63,062 nt of DNA, filler included, from Asterionella formosa (GCA_002256025.1; 3 parts of 3 records of this genome joined end to end with filler, not necessarily neighbours in it), one strand, 5' to 3'; shown: positions 37,733 through 50,604, counted from the first letter of the whole stretch. Made by a program: numbers and translations. Notes: generated from the letters alone by a model not told the origin.

Positions 37733-39304
37733 ATGGGACGTGACACTGTCAGCAAAAGCTCTACTTTGTCGGTCTTTTTCTACTTGCGTTGCCTCTTTGT
37801 TTTGGGATCGGCGCTTATGCTTATTGGACGAGGTCAATGGGGGACTTTTCAAACGAAATCAAGTGTTCACAAAGCAGTTTCTTCTGAAATCGCAGGCACA
37901 TCCGTTTCACCACTAGTTGGTGAAAATCAGATAGAAGTTGAAAATAAAGTTGTAGCAACAGTTCGGTCGCTGAAAACAAATGTTGTTATGAAAGTAACGA
38001 AATCGCCGACATTCAGACCTACAACTCGCCTACAAGTAGGGAAGCCAGTCAAACGTTCTCCGTCAAGTGTTCCAACGGGAAAACCAACCACACGTTCTCC
38101 GACAAGGGCACCAACGGGGAAACCATCCACACGTTCTCCGACAAGGACACCAACGGGGAAACCATCCACACGTTCTCCGACAAGGACACCAACGGGGAAA
38201 CCATCAACACGTTCTCCCACGAGAGTACCGACACAAAAACCATCCACAGCGTCTCCGGTCAAAACTGCTGTGATGGTTGGGGCCTACTATTATCCTTGGT
38301 ACTTCGGGGGAGCCTTTCACGGAGGGAAGGTGCTTCGGTTTTTTCTAGATCCCCAACAACCTCCTCTGCTGGGAAAGTACAACATGACGGACCCTGCCGT
38401 AATTTTGCAACATTTGATGTGGTCGCGAAAAGCTAATATTGGACTCTGGGCTACTTCTTGGTGGGGACCACGCAGTCGCGAAGATACTACAACCATCAAT
38501 GTCATTTTGAATCACAGTGATATCGGACAGCACAAGATTGCGCTACTTTATGAAACGAATAATAGACTTCGAATCAATGGAACCAACTATTCGACCGCTT
38601 GGATTGAAACCGATATAAATCACATGTGCGAAAACTATTTTTCTCATCCCAACTATTACCAAATTGACGGTCGGCCTGTTGTCTTCATTTATCTCACGCG
38701 CTTGTTGAGTGGTATGAAAATTTTGGACTCTGTTTTGAATTTGATGAAAGCAGCAGCGGCAAAGTATAACTTTGATCCCTATTTCATTGGCGATCAAGTG
38801 TGGTCAAACGCACCAAGCGGAACATACGCACCATTTACACAATTGGATGCTGTGACGAGCTATGATGTTCGAGGAGGTTTGAGGATGAATGATACCACCA
38901 ATTATGTCACCCAAACCCGACTCAACAATTACTACTCACAGCAACAAGGATGGAAGACAGCAGCCAATAGCCAAGGTTGTGCTTACGTACCGCCTACTTC
39001 ACCTGGATTTAATGATCGAGGCGTCCGCTTAGGTAGTGGCCATGGAGCTGTAAGTCGTCGATTGTCACCAGATGCCGACCCTGGCTCATTGTTTCGGGCA
39101 TCCTTGAAAGCTGCTGTTGCACTGGTGGATAGTAGAACGAACAATTTGATGATGATCAATTCATTCAATGAATGGCATGAAGACACCCAGATTGAACCGA
39201 CAATTATAACCAATACGACAATTCTTCCGTTGAACTTGACGCAGGGTGTTGAGTATGAAGGATATGGTGAGTTCTACTTAAACATTGTGGCAGCCGAGAC
39301 ATAA
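37733..39304 (+). CDS. GH99-like endo-alpha-mannosidase/mannanase; type II membrane protein (paralog B)
   Basis: Catalytic domain almost identical to paralog A; 5 stalk repeats; N-terminal TM segment. Confidence 0.85.
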   Translation: MGRDTVSKSSTLSVFFYLRCLFVLGSALMLIGRGQWGTFQTKSSVHKAVSSEIAGTSVSPLVGENQIEVENKVVATVRSLKTNVVMKVTKSPTFRPTTRLQVGKPVKRSPSSVPTGKPTTRSPTRAPTGKPSTRSPTRTPTGKPSTRSPTRTPTGKPSTRSPTRVPTQKPSTASPVKTAVMVGAYYYPWYFGGAFHGGKVLRFFLDPQQPPLLGKYNMTDPAVILQHLMWSRKANIGLWATSWWGPRSREDTTTINVILNHSDIGQHKIALLYETNNRLRINGTNYSTAWIETDINHMCENYFSHPNYYQIDGRPVVFIYLTRLLSGMKILDSVLNLMKAAAAKYNFDPYFIGDQVWSNAPSGTYAPFTQLDAVTSYDVRGGLRMNDTTNYVTQTRLNNYYSQQQGWKTAANSQGCAYVPPTSPGFNDRGVRLGSGHGAVSRRLSPDADPGSLFRASLKAAVALVDSRTNNLMMINSFNEWHEDTQIEPTIITNTTILPLNLTQGVEYEGYGEFYLNIVAAET

Positions 39305-39820
39305 AGGAATATCAATAGAATTTAAGAAAAATCATGCATTCATTCGCATAAGGCACACAAGGAAAGATTATGTCTGATCAGTTTTCATCCTAGAACCTAA
39401 ATTAATCATTCTAATCAGAAACAGTGTAATGCCACAATCAGAAGTTTTGATTTGTCACAACTTAATTTCATACAACGTTAGTTGACAAGCTAAAGACCAA
39501 CCACAATATCCATACAAAAAAGTTTAGATTTGACAATAGCGATGTTTTGAACATTTTTTACTGTTGATGGAGATGTGAGTCCAGGCTTTTTTGAAAGCCG
39601 CAATTGACTCACTGAATTGCACGACCAAACGTGCCTATGATGATCGATTTACTTAATAAATGCAGATTTTCCCACTTGTTATCAGCATAAATAAAAAGGC
39701 CCATTGCGTTTTATGGAGGGTATCCTTAGAATGAAAAATACAGGGAGGAGCAGCAGCGTTGAAATAATTTTTTGAAATCAAGTGTGGATACGATTCATCA
39801 AAGGCTTTTGATAATTACTT

Positions 39821-41566
39821 TTAAGAACGGTGCTCTTGCTCGGCATCCAACCTCGCCAAAAGCCTTGTAAGTGCATCTACAAAGGTTTGGGGATCATCAG
39901 TGTGAGTCTCAACGACTTGATCCTTCAAGTACTCGCCATACACGGTAAGCAAGTCTTTGTGAACGACAAATGGATGCTTGTACGCCGACGCTTGCACAAC
40001 ACTACCAGTCATTTTCGATTTTGTAAAGTAGTCCCCATTCTTGTTTCGATCCACCAAGGCCAAAATCACATCGCATCCAGTTGCCACTTGCAATTGGTAG
40101 TCTAAAAAGGAAGCAGGCGTTGATTGGTTTGTCTGTACATGATAGTCTTTGAAAAACGACGGAATGACTCCTTTGCCCATAATTACAACTGTAAAGTCCC
40201 GGCGCGTCGACGATGCCAAAAACCTTTCCAGCATTCTGTAGTTCCGCCGTCGTACTGAACCAATCACACACAAATGATATGGAGATATTCTCTTGTTGGA
40301 GCGACGCTCGAACTGAGGCATGATATTGGGAAAGAAAGAATGTGGTTCATCAGGATGGAACCAAAATGCTCGCGGATGGTCAGCTACTTCAGGACAAGTG
40401 TCATGAAACATACAAACAAGAGACAGGTCATTTTTCAGGGCTGCAACAAAAGGAGGCGAGCACTTGCATGTTGCAGTCACATTAATGGCGTACGGTCGAT
40501 TTGTAGTGTGGGCTTGTGAATACACCTTCCCTAAGTGCCGTGTTCCTCCTGCATATGTTTGTTTGCGCATAACATCATTGGCGTATATAGCCCATTCTCT
40601 TGACCTTGAATGAGGCGAAATGTGAAAGTCAACAGTGATCCCAAGAGTATTGCAGAATGAAGGAAGGGCATGCAGCGGTACCTTTGACATGATGGACTCT
40701 AGGACTTCCATGTGTTGGTCATACCGAAAGTTGTCGATAACCACATGGCATTGTTCTGAATCCAATTGGTAAATCATTTGTTGCAATGCTTGTTCCCAAG
40801 TCGTTGCTCCGCCGTTGTAAGTTTCAACCATTGTACTTTTAAAGTCGTCAGTGGTGTATTTGTTGAAAATGCGTTCATCAACGACTAGTGGCAGCTTTGA
40901 GTCTGCTGCCTTTCTAATGGTCAAAATGTGTTCATGTTTATTGTGCCAACGGGCAACGACGTCTTTGGATGACAAAGGTGCAAGCAACAACAGATGGCAT
41001 GTGGGTGCTATCTTTGCGTTGTACCCAACAAAGTCCCATCGAAAGGGCTGACTATAATGTTTGCTGTAGGTACCTATTTTGCCATTTTTCCTGTTTGGCT
41101 CGAGCAGTTCCACTGCACCAAGTACCTTGGGATCCTCCAATGCAGTCTTGTGCTTTCGAAGGAATTGTTTTAGTTGCTTCGTCCCCTCTGCAATGACACA
41201 GACACGATACTGTGATGGAGTCGAGACATTCAAGTTGGACAGTGGCTTGGTGTCCCCTTTTTGAATATTATTCGGATCATTCGTGTTCGTTGATTCAGTA
41301 ATGGAATTCTCCTTCTTTGGACAGGATCCCTCCTTTCCACAAAGAGACTCCACCGAGTGAACGGAACTATAAATTCCGCTAATGACCAGACCAAGGATGA
41401 CAAGATAATACCGATAAGGATGGCGCAGTGATGAGTTGCGCTTGTCTCCTGCTTTGCTGTCCTTTTGCATCATGATTCCAGTCACTGAGGAAATCTGATC
41501 TTGTTGAGGACGACTACGATGGTTTCGTTTTGTGACTGCTCCTGTTGTCGTTCCAGTAATAGTCAT
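39821..41566 (-). CDS. Type II membrane protein, putative GT-B-fold glycosyltransferase
   Basis: 581-aa intact ORF. TM segment YYLVILGLVISGIY. C-terminal LCVIGSVRRRNY, CDVILALVD, KMTGSVVQASAYKHPFVVH resembles a GT-B donor-binding domain; function is an inference. Confidence 0.6.
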   Translation of the reverse strand: MTITGTTTGAVTKRNHRSRPQQDQISSVTGIMMQKDSKAGDKRNSSLRHPYRYYLVILGLVISGIYSSVHSVESLCGKEGSCPKKENSITESTNTNDPNNIQKGDTKPLSNLNVSTPSQYRVCVIAEGTKQLKQFLRKHKTALEDPKVLGAVELLEPNRKNGKIGTYSKHYSQPFRWDFVGYNAKIAPTCHLLLLAPLSSKDVVARWHNKHEHILTIRKAADSKLPLVVDERIFNKYTTDDFKSTMVETYNGGATTWEQALQQMIYQLDSEQCHVVIDNFRYDQHMEVLESIMSKVPLHALPSFCNTLGITVDFHISPHSRSREWAIYANDVMRKQTYAGGTRHLGKVYSQAHTTNRPYAINVTATCKCSPPFVAALKNDLSLVCMFHDTCPEVADHPRAFWFHPDEPHSFFPNIMPQFERRSNKRISPYHLCVIGSVRRRNYRMLERFLASSTRRDFTVVIMGKGVIPSFFKDYHVQTNQSTPASFLDYQLQVATGCDVILALVDRNKNGDYFTKSKMTGSVVQASAYKHPFVVHKDLLTVYGEYLKDQVVETHTDDPQTFVDALTRLLARLDAEQEHRS

Positions 41567-42015
41567 TGCCTGCTTTGCCTTTGCCCATCAACTATCTCAT
41601 ACCCTACCTAAACCTCTACAGTTGCTGTTGTTGCTGTAGTTGTTGTTACCGGGCTCTGTCATGCAAAGGTTGCAATGCTACCAGTATCATGTATACCGTA
41701 GTCGCTTTTCGTCTGAACATGATGTGAATACTCAAGGTAAGACACGAACGAGGGTGGAGACTGCCTGCTGTTGGAGAAAATATTTTAGGAAAGAAAATCC
41801 CGGTATAAATTACCTTTTACATATTGAATCGAATGAATCAAGAAAGAATATGGTACCAGAGAATTCGAAAACAATCTACGCCAACAGTAAAAACCCATAA
41901 TTCTTTTAAAACTCTTAGGAACGATTACAATCGATCACGGAGACATCGTTGTTATATCTACAGCCTATTTGGTCCCTGACGTGTCCTTACAGGATACAAG
42001 AAAGCATAGAGTGCT

Positions 42016-42115
42016 NNNNNNNNNNNNNNNNNNNNNNNNNNNNNNNNNNNNNNNNNNNNTTAATTAATTAANNNNNNNNNNNNNNNNNNNNNNNNNNNNN
42101 NNNNNNNNNNNNNNN
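42016..42115. other. Assembly gap with TTAATTAATTAA linker
   Basis: 44 N + TTAATTAATTAA + 44 N. Confidence 0.97.
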
Positions 42116-42738
42116 TATACAGTGGATAGGATCTAAGTATACGGATGCGTTGATATGTACATCACTATAATATGATTTGTGATATGGATTGATGCATATC
42201 ACATACCGGTATCCTCAACAACCAGCCATCACGTTCATTGTCGTGTCGTCTTTCCTTGTTTTAGCTATATATATGCCAGCATGTGTATTGTGTAAACACT
42301 ACGCTGGCAGAACATGCATATTACACATTATGTTACTTAATATAGAAATTCGCTTTTTAATGTATACAGTTAAAGTCAACACTTAATATGATAGTATTAT
42401 ACAGTGGATAGGATCTAAGTATACGGATGCGTTGATATGTACATCACTATAATATGATTTGTGATATGGATTGATGCATATCACATACCGGTATCCTCAA
42501 CAACCAGCCATCACGTTCATTGTCGTGTCGTCTTTCCTTGTTTTAGCTATAGATGTGCCAGCATGTGTATTGTGTAAACACTACGCTGGCAGAACATGCA
42601 TATTACACTGTGCTCTGTTCAACAATTACTACACTCGGTTACCATCACACCAGTTCCACCTCCACAAGCGCCGCAATAAGCTCCGCAAGAAGCTCCGCAT
42701 TTCCCTTCCACTGTTTTACATCATAGTCTTCTGGTCCT

Positions 42739-44990
42739 TTGACAACTTTCCAAATGGCATTTCACGGATTTCATGGAAAGGATCAGTCAAACAAGAAACG
42801 AGACTTACTTCCATTGTTTACAATACACGACTTTATGTTTTCGGAAAAGAAGATGAAGAAAGTTATGAAATCAATCGAAGATTCCTTTGAATACACTCAA
42901 AGATTAAATGAATTTCAACAGATTCATAATACTCCAGAAAAAATTAATGAAGTATGCCGATACAATAGTGGCTGAGGTTGAAAAGAAGGAAAGATTGCTT
43001 TCGAAGAGGAAACCCAAACAGTTGTTGGTCTTCGTGGATGAAGACTCTATTCGTACAGAGTCACAGTTCCACCATCCATTGTCGTATTTTGCTCATTCAA
43101 CCGAAATCGCTGATAACGAAGAAGAACTCAGTGATTCTCATTCATTTGATGAACAAAATCATGCGATGAATGAAAATATCGGCGGAAATGTGGCAGACAT
43201 TTCTTCAGAAGTAGAAATGGTTGAAAAGTTGCAAAACCAAGAAACATATCTCACTATCCGTCCAGAACATCAAGATGAACATCATGAAAGCAGAGAAACT
43301 ATTGCATTTCTAAAAGAACAAATATTCAAGAAACAGTCTGAGCTAGATCAAGACCTCGAATTCAAGAAGATCAATGCAGACAGAGATGTGATGCTGGCTA
43401 AGGCAGTTGATGCTCTGAATAGGGAACGAAGTCAGAAACACAAAATTGAATCTTTTTCCAAATCATACATGGAAGAAAAAGATTAGGATTTCTCTGTAAA
43501 ATCATTGAAAAACAATCCAGAAGGCAGCTAGCTACTTTTGTGAAAGTCGGCATGTGAAATGTGTAGAGTTATTATGCCAAAGCAAACGGCATTTTCCTTG
43601 AGTTTGCCGAAATCGCATGGACAACTAAAATTGTGGAAAGAGTTGTACACTCGTACCCCGCAAGATATATGCAATTACGCCTCTGTATTTTATTGAGTCA
43701 AAGGTATCAAAAAATCATCTTCAGATCATTTTAAAGATCTTGCATATTGGGACCTTGAAACAATTACCTCTATCATCCATTATTTAATTCATGAACTTCA
43801 TCCAAGTGATGTAAAGGTTATATTTGATCTGGATGAGAACCCAGAAAAGGGTAATAACAATCCATATATATACCAAGGTGATTGTCATCCACTTCATCAC
43901 GAAAGTAACTATGTGCTAATTGTGTATTGCGAAAGATCAGATGAGGAGGAAAACAATCATTTTGTGCATTATCTTTTTGCTATAAATGATGGATTATGTC
44001 AAGTCCGTGATCCAGGAAAAGATGCAAGTTTGGATGAACATTATGATCAAGTATTTCACCTTGCCCGTAAGTACTGCATCATCCCCGGATGCAGAAAAGA
44101 ATTGGAATTGTTATGCACCGATACAGGATATCTTCCACAAGAATTCCATATACCTGAAGAAATTGGGTTCTCGGAATCTTTCTATGCTGGCACCAAAGCA
44201 CCATTGCAGATCAGTATGGCCACTGAACATGATTCCATGTTCTTTCAACCAGATGATGACAGTGGATGTTCATGTGGACCTTTTACAATTGTGAAAGTGT
44301 TGGAAACTCTATTGCAATTAGAAAGGAATGGCAAAACCAAATTTCTTGGCAAACGGGCACATTTCCGTTTGGAGACTGAGTCCTGGAAAGTTTTAAACGT
44401 CAGATGGCAGCAACAGATCGAACAGAAGATTTCTTATCCATTACATCTGACCCACCAACCAAGTCAACATACTTTCATCTTGGAACAGTTTGGCCTCAAG
44501 TGACAACGACAAATTCTCGTGAGGATATGTTTCAGTTGGAAATACAGTAACTGTTCTTCAATTTTGTATCGACAAAATTTTGACATCCTATTTAGATTTA
44601 AAAATGTTGAACGAAGTATTTGGACGAGTTCCTTGCAATTCTTCTTTCAAGAAAGATGAAGTTGTCTACGTAAAATCCATGATACAACAAAGTAATGACA
44701 AACTGCTCCCTTCAAATGGTATAATCATGCACCTCTTGGCAAAATTTCTGGATGCATCAAAATTGACAAAATGTTGAAATTTTTTTTGTATCTGATGATA
44801 GCCCTTCTGGAATCAAATTGAAGAAGTTTGCAGACTCATATCGAACTGCAGTTGAAAAGTGGAGAAGCAAAGTTTCGGACGAAACGAGAAGGACCATCTT
44901 AGGTTCTTTGGGAGTGAAAAAGAAGAAATAATGGACCATTGGATAATCATTTCTTAGGAAATTGTAGTTTGTGAAAACCTCATAATAACC
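42739..44990 (+). pseudogene. Transposon-borne Ulp1/C48-like protein (copy 2), frameshifted
   Basis: Homologous to 6979-9174; NHFVHYLF..QVRDPG and FQPDDDSGCSCGPF. Confidence 0.55.
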
Positions 44991-45261
44991 CATTAGTATG
45001 CGAAACTATATTGTTACCATTATCATTTATATTATTCTTATATATTTATTAACGTTCGCTTGTTAGTTTTTGGTCCCACCCGATACAAGTGTTGGGTCTC
45101 CATTTTTGCCAGTGTAGATATTTTTGATAACTGGTGCGTGTGTCCTTTTTGGTCTTTGCCCGTTTCTTCGGTTGCTCTTGATCAAGAAAAGCAGAGTCTG
45201 TTGTTTCAGTGTTACGTTTCTGATCGGAGATGTTTTCTGGAATATCTGGAGATTTTCTTTC

Positions 45262-47046
45262 TTAAAAAAAACATGTCCATTCTTCAGGGATAGTCCGATA
45301 ATTGTACAAAGATTCCAAAATGTACTTAAATATTCCAAGTAGTAATTGATGAAGAACCTCAAATGGAGTTGCACCAAATAATCCTTTTAAGTCACCACCA
45401 AAAAAATGATTTATTAGTGCAGGCATAATAGGATTATGCGATATAACACGGCACCACTCGTTTGCTGTTGCGTATTCGCCATTAGATTGGGAGACACAAT
45501 ACTCAGGTGGGATACATGGCAATTTTCCATCGGGATGTGCATTTTTGTCAAGAAACTTGTTTAAAAACATTTTAACATCTGACACTTTACGACGTTCACA
45601 TCCAATATCAGGATTATCAGCATCCTCAGTTGAAACCAGGCAATCACGACAAACATATCGTCGATATAATCCATTACCACCCCTGAAGCCACAAATTTTG
45701 TTGTGTTCTTCTGTATCACCAATGATCATTCCAATCTGGAAATAAACTTTTGTCATACCAAGACCATGAACCCAAATATCGTATGACTTGTTTGGATCTT
45801 CGAAAGGCGACAATAGAAATCCTGTAACAGAATGATATTATTTGAGTCTAGCTACATAAGGAGAAGTCGTCACCAGATAACTTATAATTCATTTGTTTCT
45901 CCAGATCACTGACAATGTCTGGCAAAAGAGATACTAATTGCCATCCATCAACTTTTTTCTTCCTTCTAACGTTAAGTTTAACATTGTCAGCAAAAACGGA
46001 TGCTCGGAATCTTTCATTTGTTTATCAATAGGTGAACCATCACTGAAAACTGCTAGGGCAACAAATAAACACCCTTTCTTCAACACTCCATTTTCTGATG
46101 CAAGAGAATTGTTAAATGAATTTTCAAACCAAGTCGCAGAAGTTACTTCGTCATATATGCGTTCTCCACAAGTTGTAAGTTTCACTTGTGGGTGACATAC
46201 AAAATGTTGCATGATATCGGAATCACGTAGCAATCCTGCCATGAGCTGTACTGGAACGAAATAATGGAGTGTGCGTGGGATGATCATATTTGAATTGTTA
46301 TCAATATTTATTTGTTTGGTCAACAGTTGACCACCAGCTAATGTTGGTGGAAATGAAATATCCATGCGTTTTTTCAAAGTCTGGTAGGATGGAGCTTGAT
46401 ACCTTCCATCAAAATATTTCATTGCTTTTGCCTTGAACAGCCATTTCATTAGATGATCAAAGTAAACTGGTGGAAGATTCTTCTCGTTGAGGAATAACAT
46501 GAGTTCTAATTCAATTGGATGCGTGTTCAGAGAGTGTTTACTTGGAAGTTGAAATTGAGGAGGAAGGGGCATTTCCATTGCATTTTCAGGGAGAAAGCCG
46601 GTGCGATCTTGGAAATCTGAATATTGCATGGTTTCTGAATTCAACCCTTGGAGAGTTTTTAGTCTCAATTGTTAGTCCTGTTGTGACTGAATATTGTTAT
46701 AAACTGAATCGTCGCTGTCGTCATGAAGTGGATGATTATGGTCACTTGATTCAAGGATAAGACACATAATCTCTTCTTGTCTAATCTCCCTAAATGCTGC
46801 AGCAGTTACACTGCTATCATTAACTTCTTTCCTTGAATGATTAGATGCACTACCGCAATACATAGTTTCACTATGTATTCCAGGAACTCGATGTTCTTGC
46901 GTGCAATGTCGACAGTGACCATATGCATAAAAAACACGGTTGCTACAATTTCGATTGTGAGACTCAGATGGGGATTTGTTCTTCCGAAATTTGTAGTTAC
47001 ACAGAAAACACCATTGCAATGTGCGCAAAGACATTGCAAATTGCAA
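45262..47046 (-). pseudogene. Plavaka-type transposase (N-terminal zinc-finger-like region and catalytic part), disabled
   Basis: CFLC..H..C N-terminus; in-frame stop at 46672-46674; IYDEVTSATWF, LAVFSDGS..HPFLLTMLNL, IIGDTEEHNKICG, CRDC, FGATPFEVLHQLLLGIFKY. Confidence 0.8.
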
Positions 47047-47341
47047 ATGATGACCAAGTCAGGATATGAAAAGGATAGAATGAAAATGAATTAATATATA
47101 ATAATAAATTGAGCTCCACTTCGAACATGCTGTGCTGGAAAATACAGAGTCGTGAAATTATCACTCCACCATAGTAGTAAAAATGGAGGTATACCGCTAC
47201 ATGTAGTACAGGCGGCACTAATAGTAATAGTAGTATAGAGCAGAATCAATGTTTTCCTATCATCTATGATATGGCTTGCATTGTAGAAGTCTCACAATTA
47301 CTATAATTATTATGTAACTACTAAGTATGCATTGGATTCTA

Positions 47342-49289
47342 TCAGATCCATTCAAAATCAACATCGTCATCAATGTCCCGTTGATTAATGCGGTCATTAT
47401 AATCAATATTCCTTTCAGGAACATTTGGTTGAAGTGATTCAACAAATTCATGCATATCCTCTTTACTTACGTTGGGAAATGAGAAGTATGAGTGTAGGTA
47501 GATGATATTTGTGGTGGCAGGAGCAATTCCACTAGGATTCCTTCCATATTCAGATCGATTCTTTTGTGAAAGTCCAGTGTAGATTTCCTTATAACAAACG
47601 AGTAAATAATCAGTACATTGATCAGTAAGACCATTGGAAACTGAACTTTCTTCCCTCACACTTTTTTAATAAGTGGTTTCCCACCAATGTCGACAAAATC
47701 GGTAGAATGACGAATTTCGTTCTCTGAAATTTCATGGGTATCTGGATTGAAACCCAAATATTTTTGTTGCAATCGGAATTTTCCTTTCAGCACCAAGAAG
47801 CAAAATGCTTCTGTACTGGCATTGATCAGCGAACCGACAAAACGTGTTTGCAGTTCACACTGTGCCCGAAGACTGAGTTGAAATTTGGTCACACCAGATT
47901 TGTCTCCTGTTAAAAATGGTTCTCCATGGCTTGTCCTGCCTATAAAATACACCGGAGCAAGAACATCACACCAGACTTGGTATCCATGGCTTCCCCTCCT
48001 ATCAATGTACTTTGACTGCGCAAAACGATAAAGCGTCAACGCCCACCTAATAAAGTCATCAATATCCATAGTATGGAAGTTATATTCTGTAAGACCAGCT
48101 GGTGTGTCATGAATTATGTTAGCATTTTTAAATTGAAACATATTTGATAAGAATATAATCACCAACTCAAAACATCATGCTTTCATTGCATTTCCCGCCC
48201 TGCAAAAACTTACCTAAGATTCCTTTAAATTGATTATTCAATACGCACATTCTTAAATTCTCTCAACTTTTTAATGCACATGACACCAAATGTTGCTTGA
48301 TTTGATGTAATCTAAACGTGCCTTGTTGGTACGTTCAATGGTCTGATTCATTGGAAGTAGTGCATCAGAACCATTCCATATGAAATCGGCAAGCTCTGGG
48401 TCACTCTCCACTTCTTTGCCTATCTCCGGTTTCACTGTGTATAGCCGAGTTAGGCAACATTGGGCAAACCAATCCTGTTTGTGATTGGAAATGCCTTTCA
48501 TACTACTTGGACCAGATAGGGTGGGATGTTTGATTCTCCTTTGGGACCAGAAAAAAGCACATTCGATTGATATTCTGTTTTACAGTACCTGCAATTCACG
48601 AACTATAACATCAAACTTACATGTTCACAGAAAAACTTCTTGGTCTTGAAAATAAAATTCACAACCTTTGTGACAATTGATGGTTCAATTTTAGCTAAGC
48701 GAGAACGACGTTCTGATAAGGCTGCTGAAATTGAAGATTCTTGATAACCTCGTATGGACAAGCGAGTTATGAGCCGAATTACGACTTTTGTAGTGATTGA
48801 GTTCATTGACCAATTGATAATATCATTTGGCAAGTACAAAATGTTTTTCCCTCAGTTTGTCATGTACTTGTTGGTCCGTGCGATTAGAAAATTTATGATA
48901 TGGTACCATGTCGTCCATCTGCATCCGGGAGTTATTAATGGCATCATCGACAGGAGCCTTTTTCTTGTATCAACAACTGAAAAAGAAATGTCATCATCGC
49001 TGTCAGTATCAATTACGGGATCCTTTGTACCAGTAGCTGATGATGTCCCCATCAACGATGGGGTATTAACCCCAACGTCTCCCAATCGCCGATTGGGTTG
49101 CTTTGGATAATCGCCTATTCGCTTTTTCTTTGTAAACTCATTTTGGAACTTGCTTCTTTGTTCCATACCGGCAGTATTTGCCACATGTCGCTTTTTTTCC
49201 ATGAACCTCTTTATGGTTTCTTGAAGACATTGTACTACTTGATAACTGTTGCCGTTGTCTTCCTTAAAGTTCGATGATATTAAATTCAT
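47342..49289 (-). pseudogene. Accessory gene upstream of the transposase, intron-containing and disabled
   Basis: Colinear ORFs 48852, 48603, 48271, 47656 and 47342 with GTAAGT donors; INASTEAFCFLVL motif. The 5' part is shared with 5950-6160. Confidence 0.5.
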
Positions 49290-49660
49290 TTACTGTCCCG
49301 CTGCAGTAGCAGCAGTCATAGACATATGGTGTTCTATTGCTTGCTTATTACTCCGACTACCACTTTTCAGTTTCACAATCATACGATCCTAAAACTATGA
49401 TGATTTACTGTCCCACTGCAGTAGCAACAGTCCTGAACATATGGTGTTCTATTGGTTTTTAGTTTTACAATTATACGATTCTAAAACTATGATGATTTAC
49501 TGTCCCACTGCAGTAGCAACAGTCCTGAACATATGGTGTTCTATTGGTTTTTAGTTTTACAATCATACGATCCTAAAACTATGATGATTTACTGTCCCAC
49601 TGCAGTAGCAACAGTCCTGAACATATGGTGTTCTGTTGCTAGTTTACTACTCCGACTACT
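49290..49660 (-). repeat. Tandem repeat, 4 copies, homologous to 5473-5810
   Basis: TTTACTGTCCC(A/G)CTGCAGTAGCA..ACATATGGTGTTCT x4; two of the units are shorter (~92 bp). Confidence 0.9.
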
Positions 49661-50604
49661 CCCAGTATATCACTTACTACCTGCTACTGGTACTCTGTAT
49701 ATATATGTGATACATTGTTATTGTCATATGATGTACCGGTACACATGAAGAGCTCCCAACCAAAAAAGGGGCTTAAACAATTTGCTACCAAAACCCTGGC
49801 GGTTATGACTTACACCAATTGAATGGTCTAAATAATTAGTTTCAACGGATGTAGAAAATATCGATGCAAACAAATTTCAGAAATAATACCGGTACACGTA
49901 GTCGTGGAAAACAATGGACATATAGTGCATTGAGTATTTTCGAATTATGTATATGCGAATATTATCATTTTAACCATATCAGATGTTCCATATCGAGAGC
50001 GCCTATGAATTTTATAAATGTATAACACTATATATATATATATATATTTAAAATTTTTATTACTACATTCATGGCATATATATTTTTGAAATCGTTCTGT
50101 CATGTTAACAAACAATGCCTGCTGCTTCATGAAAAGATACGTCGTAGTAAAGCACATGACAAGAAAAGAAAGTTTACGCAATACATAACAACGAAAAACA
50201 TTGTGGCTTCGACACATTGCGCCTTCGAAGGATGGAGAATGTTTAAGGTAATGAAGCCATCAATGTGGTACTTGGATGACAATCGTTTGGAGGCAGGACA
50301 ACAACAAATTGTTAACTAAATGCACATTTCCTTTTTTCTCAGTTGATTCAACAGCTCGTTTCGCTTGTTGGGGAGCACCAATGTAAAACAAAACCAAATT
50401 GTGTAAGTGCTCTTGTCGCTCGTTGGACCTATTCACTTCTGTTGGAACAAAAGTAACAAAACGTTTACCTTCGTCTCTCAAAGTTAAGATGACAAAAATG
50501 AACCGGTAAGTTTTATTCGACAACATTGGATATCCGAAACTTACTTATTCAAGAATTTACTGACAAGTTACTATTACAGACTTATGCATCACTTGCTTTG
50601 ATTT

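Noticed and set aside
42116..42610. 282-bp direct duplication at the contig start
   Set aside because: Near-identical and abutting a gap, and copy 1 has it only once, so an assembly artifact cannot be excluded.
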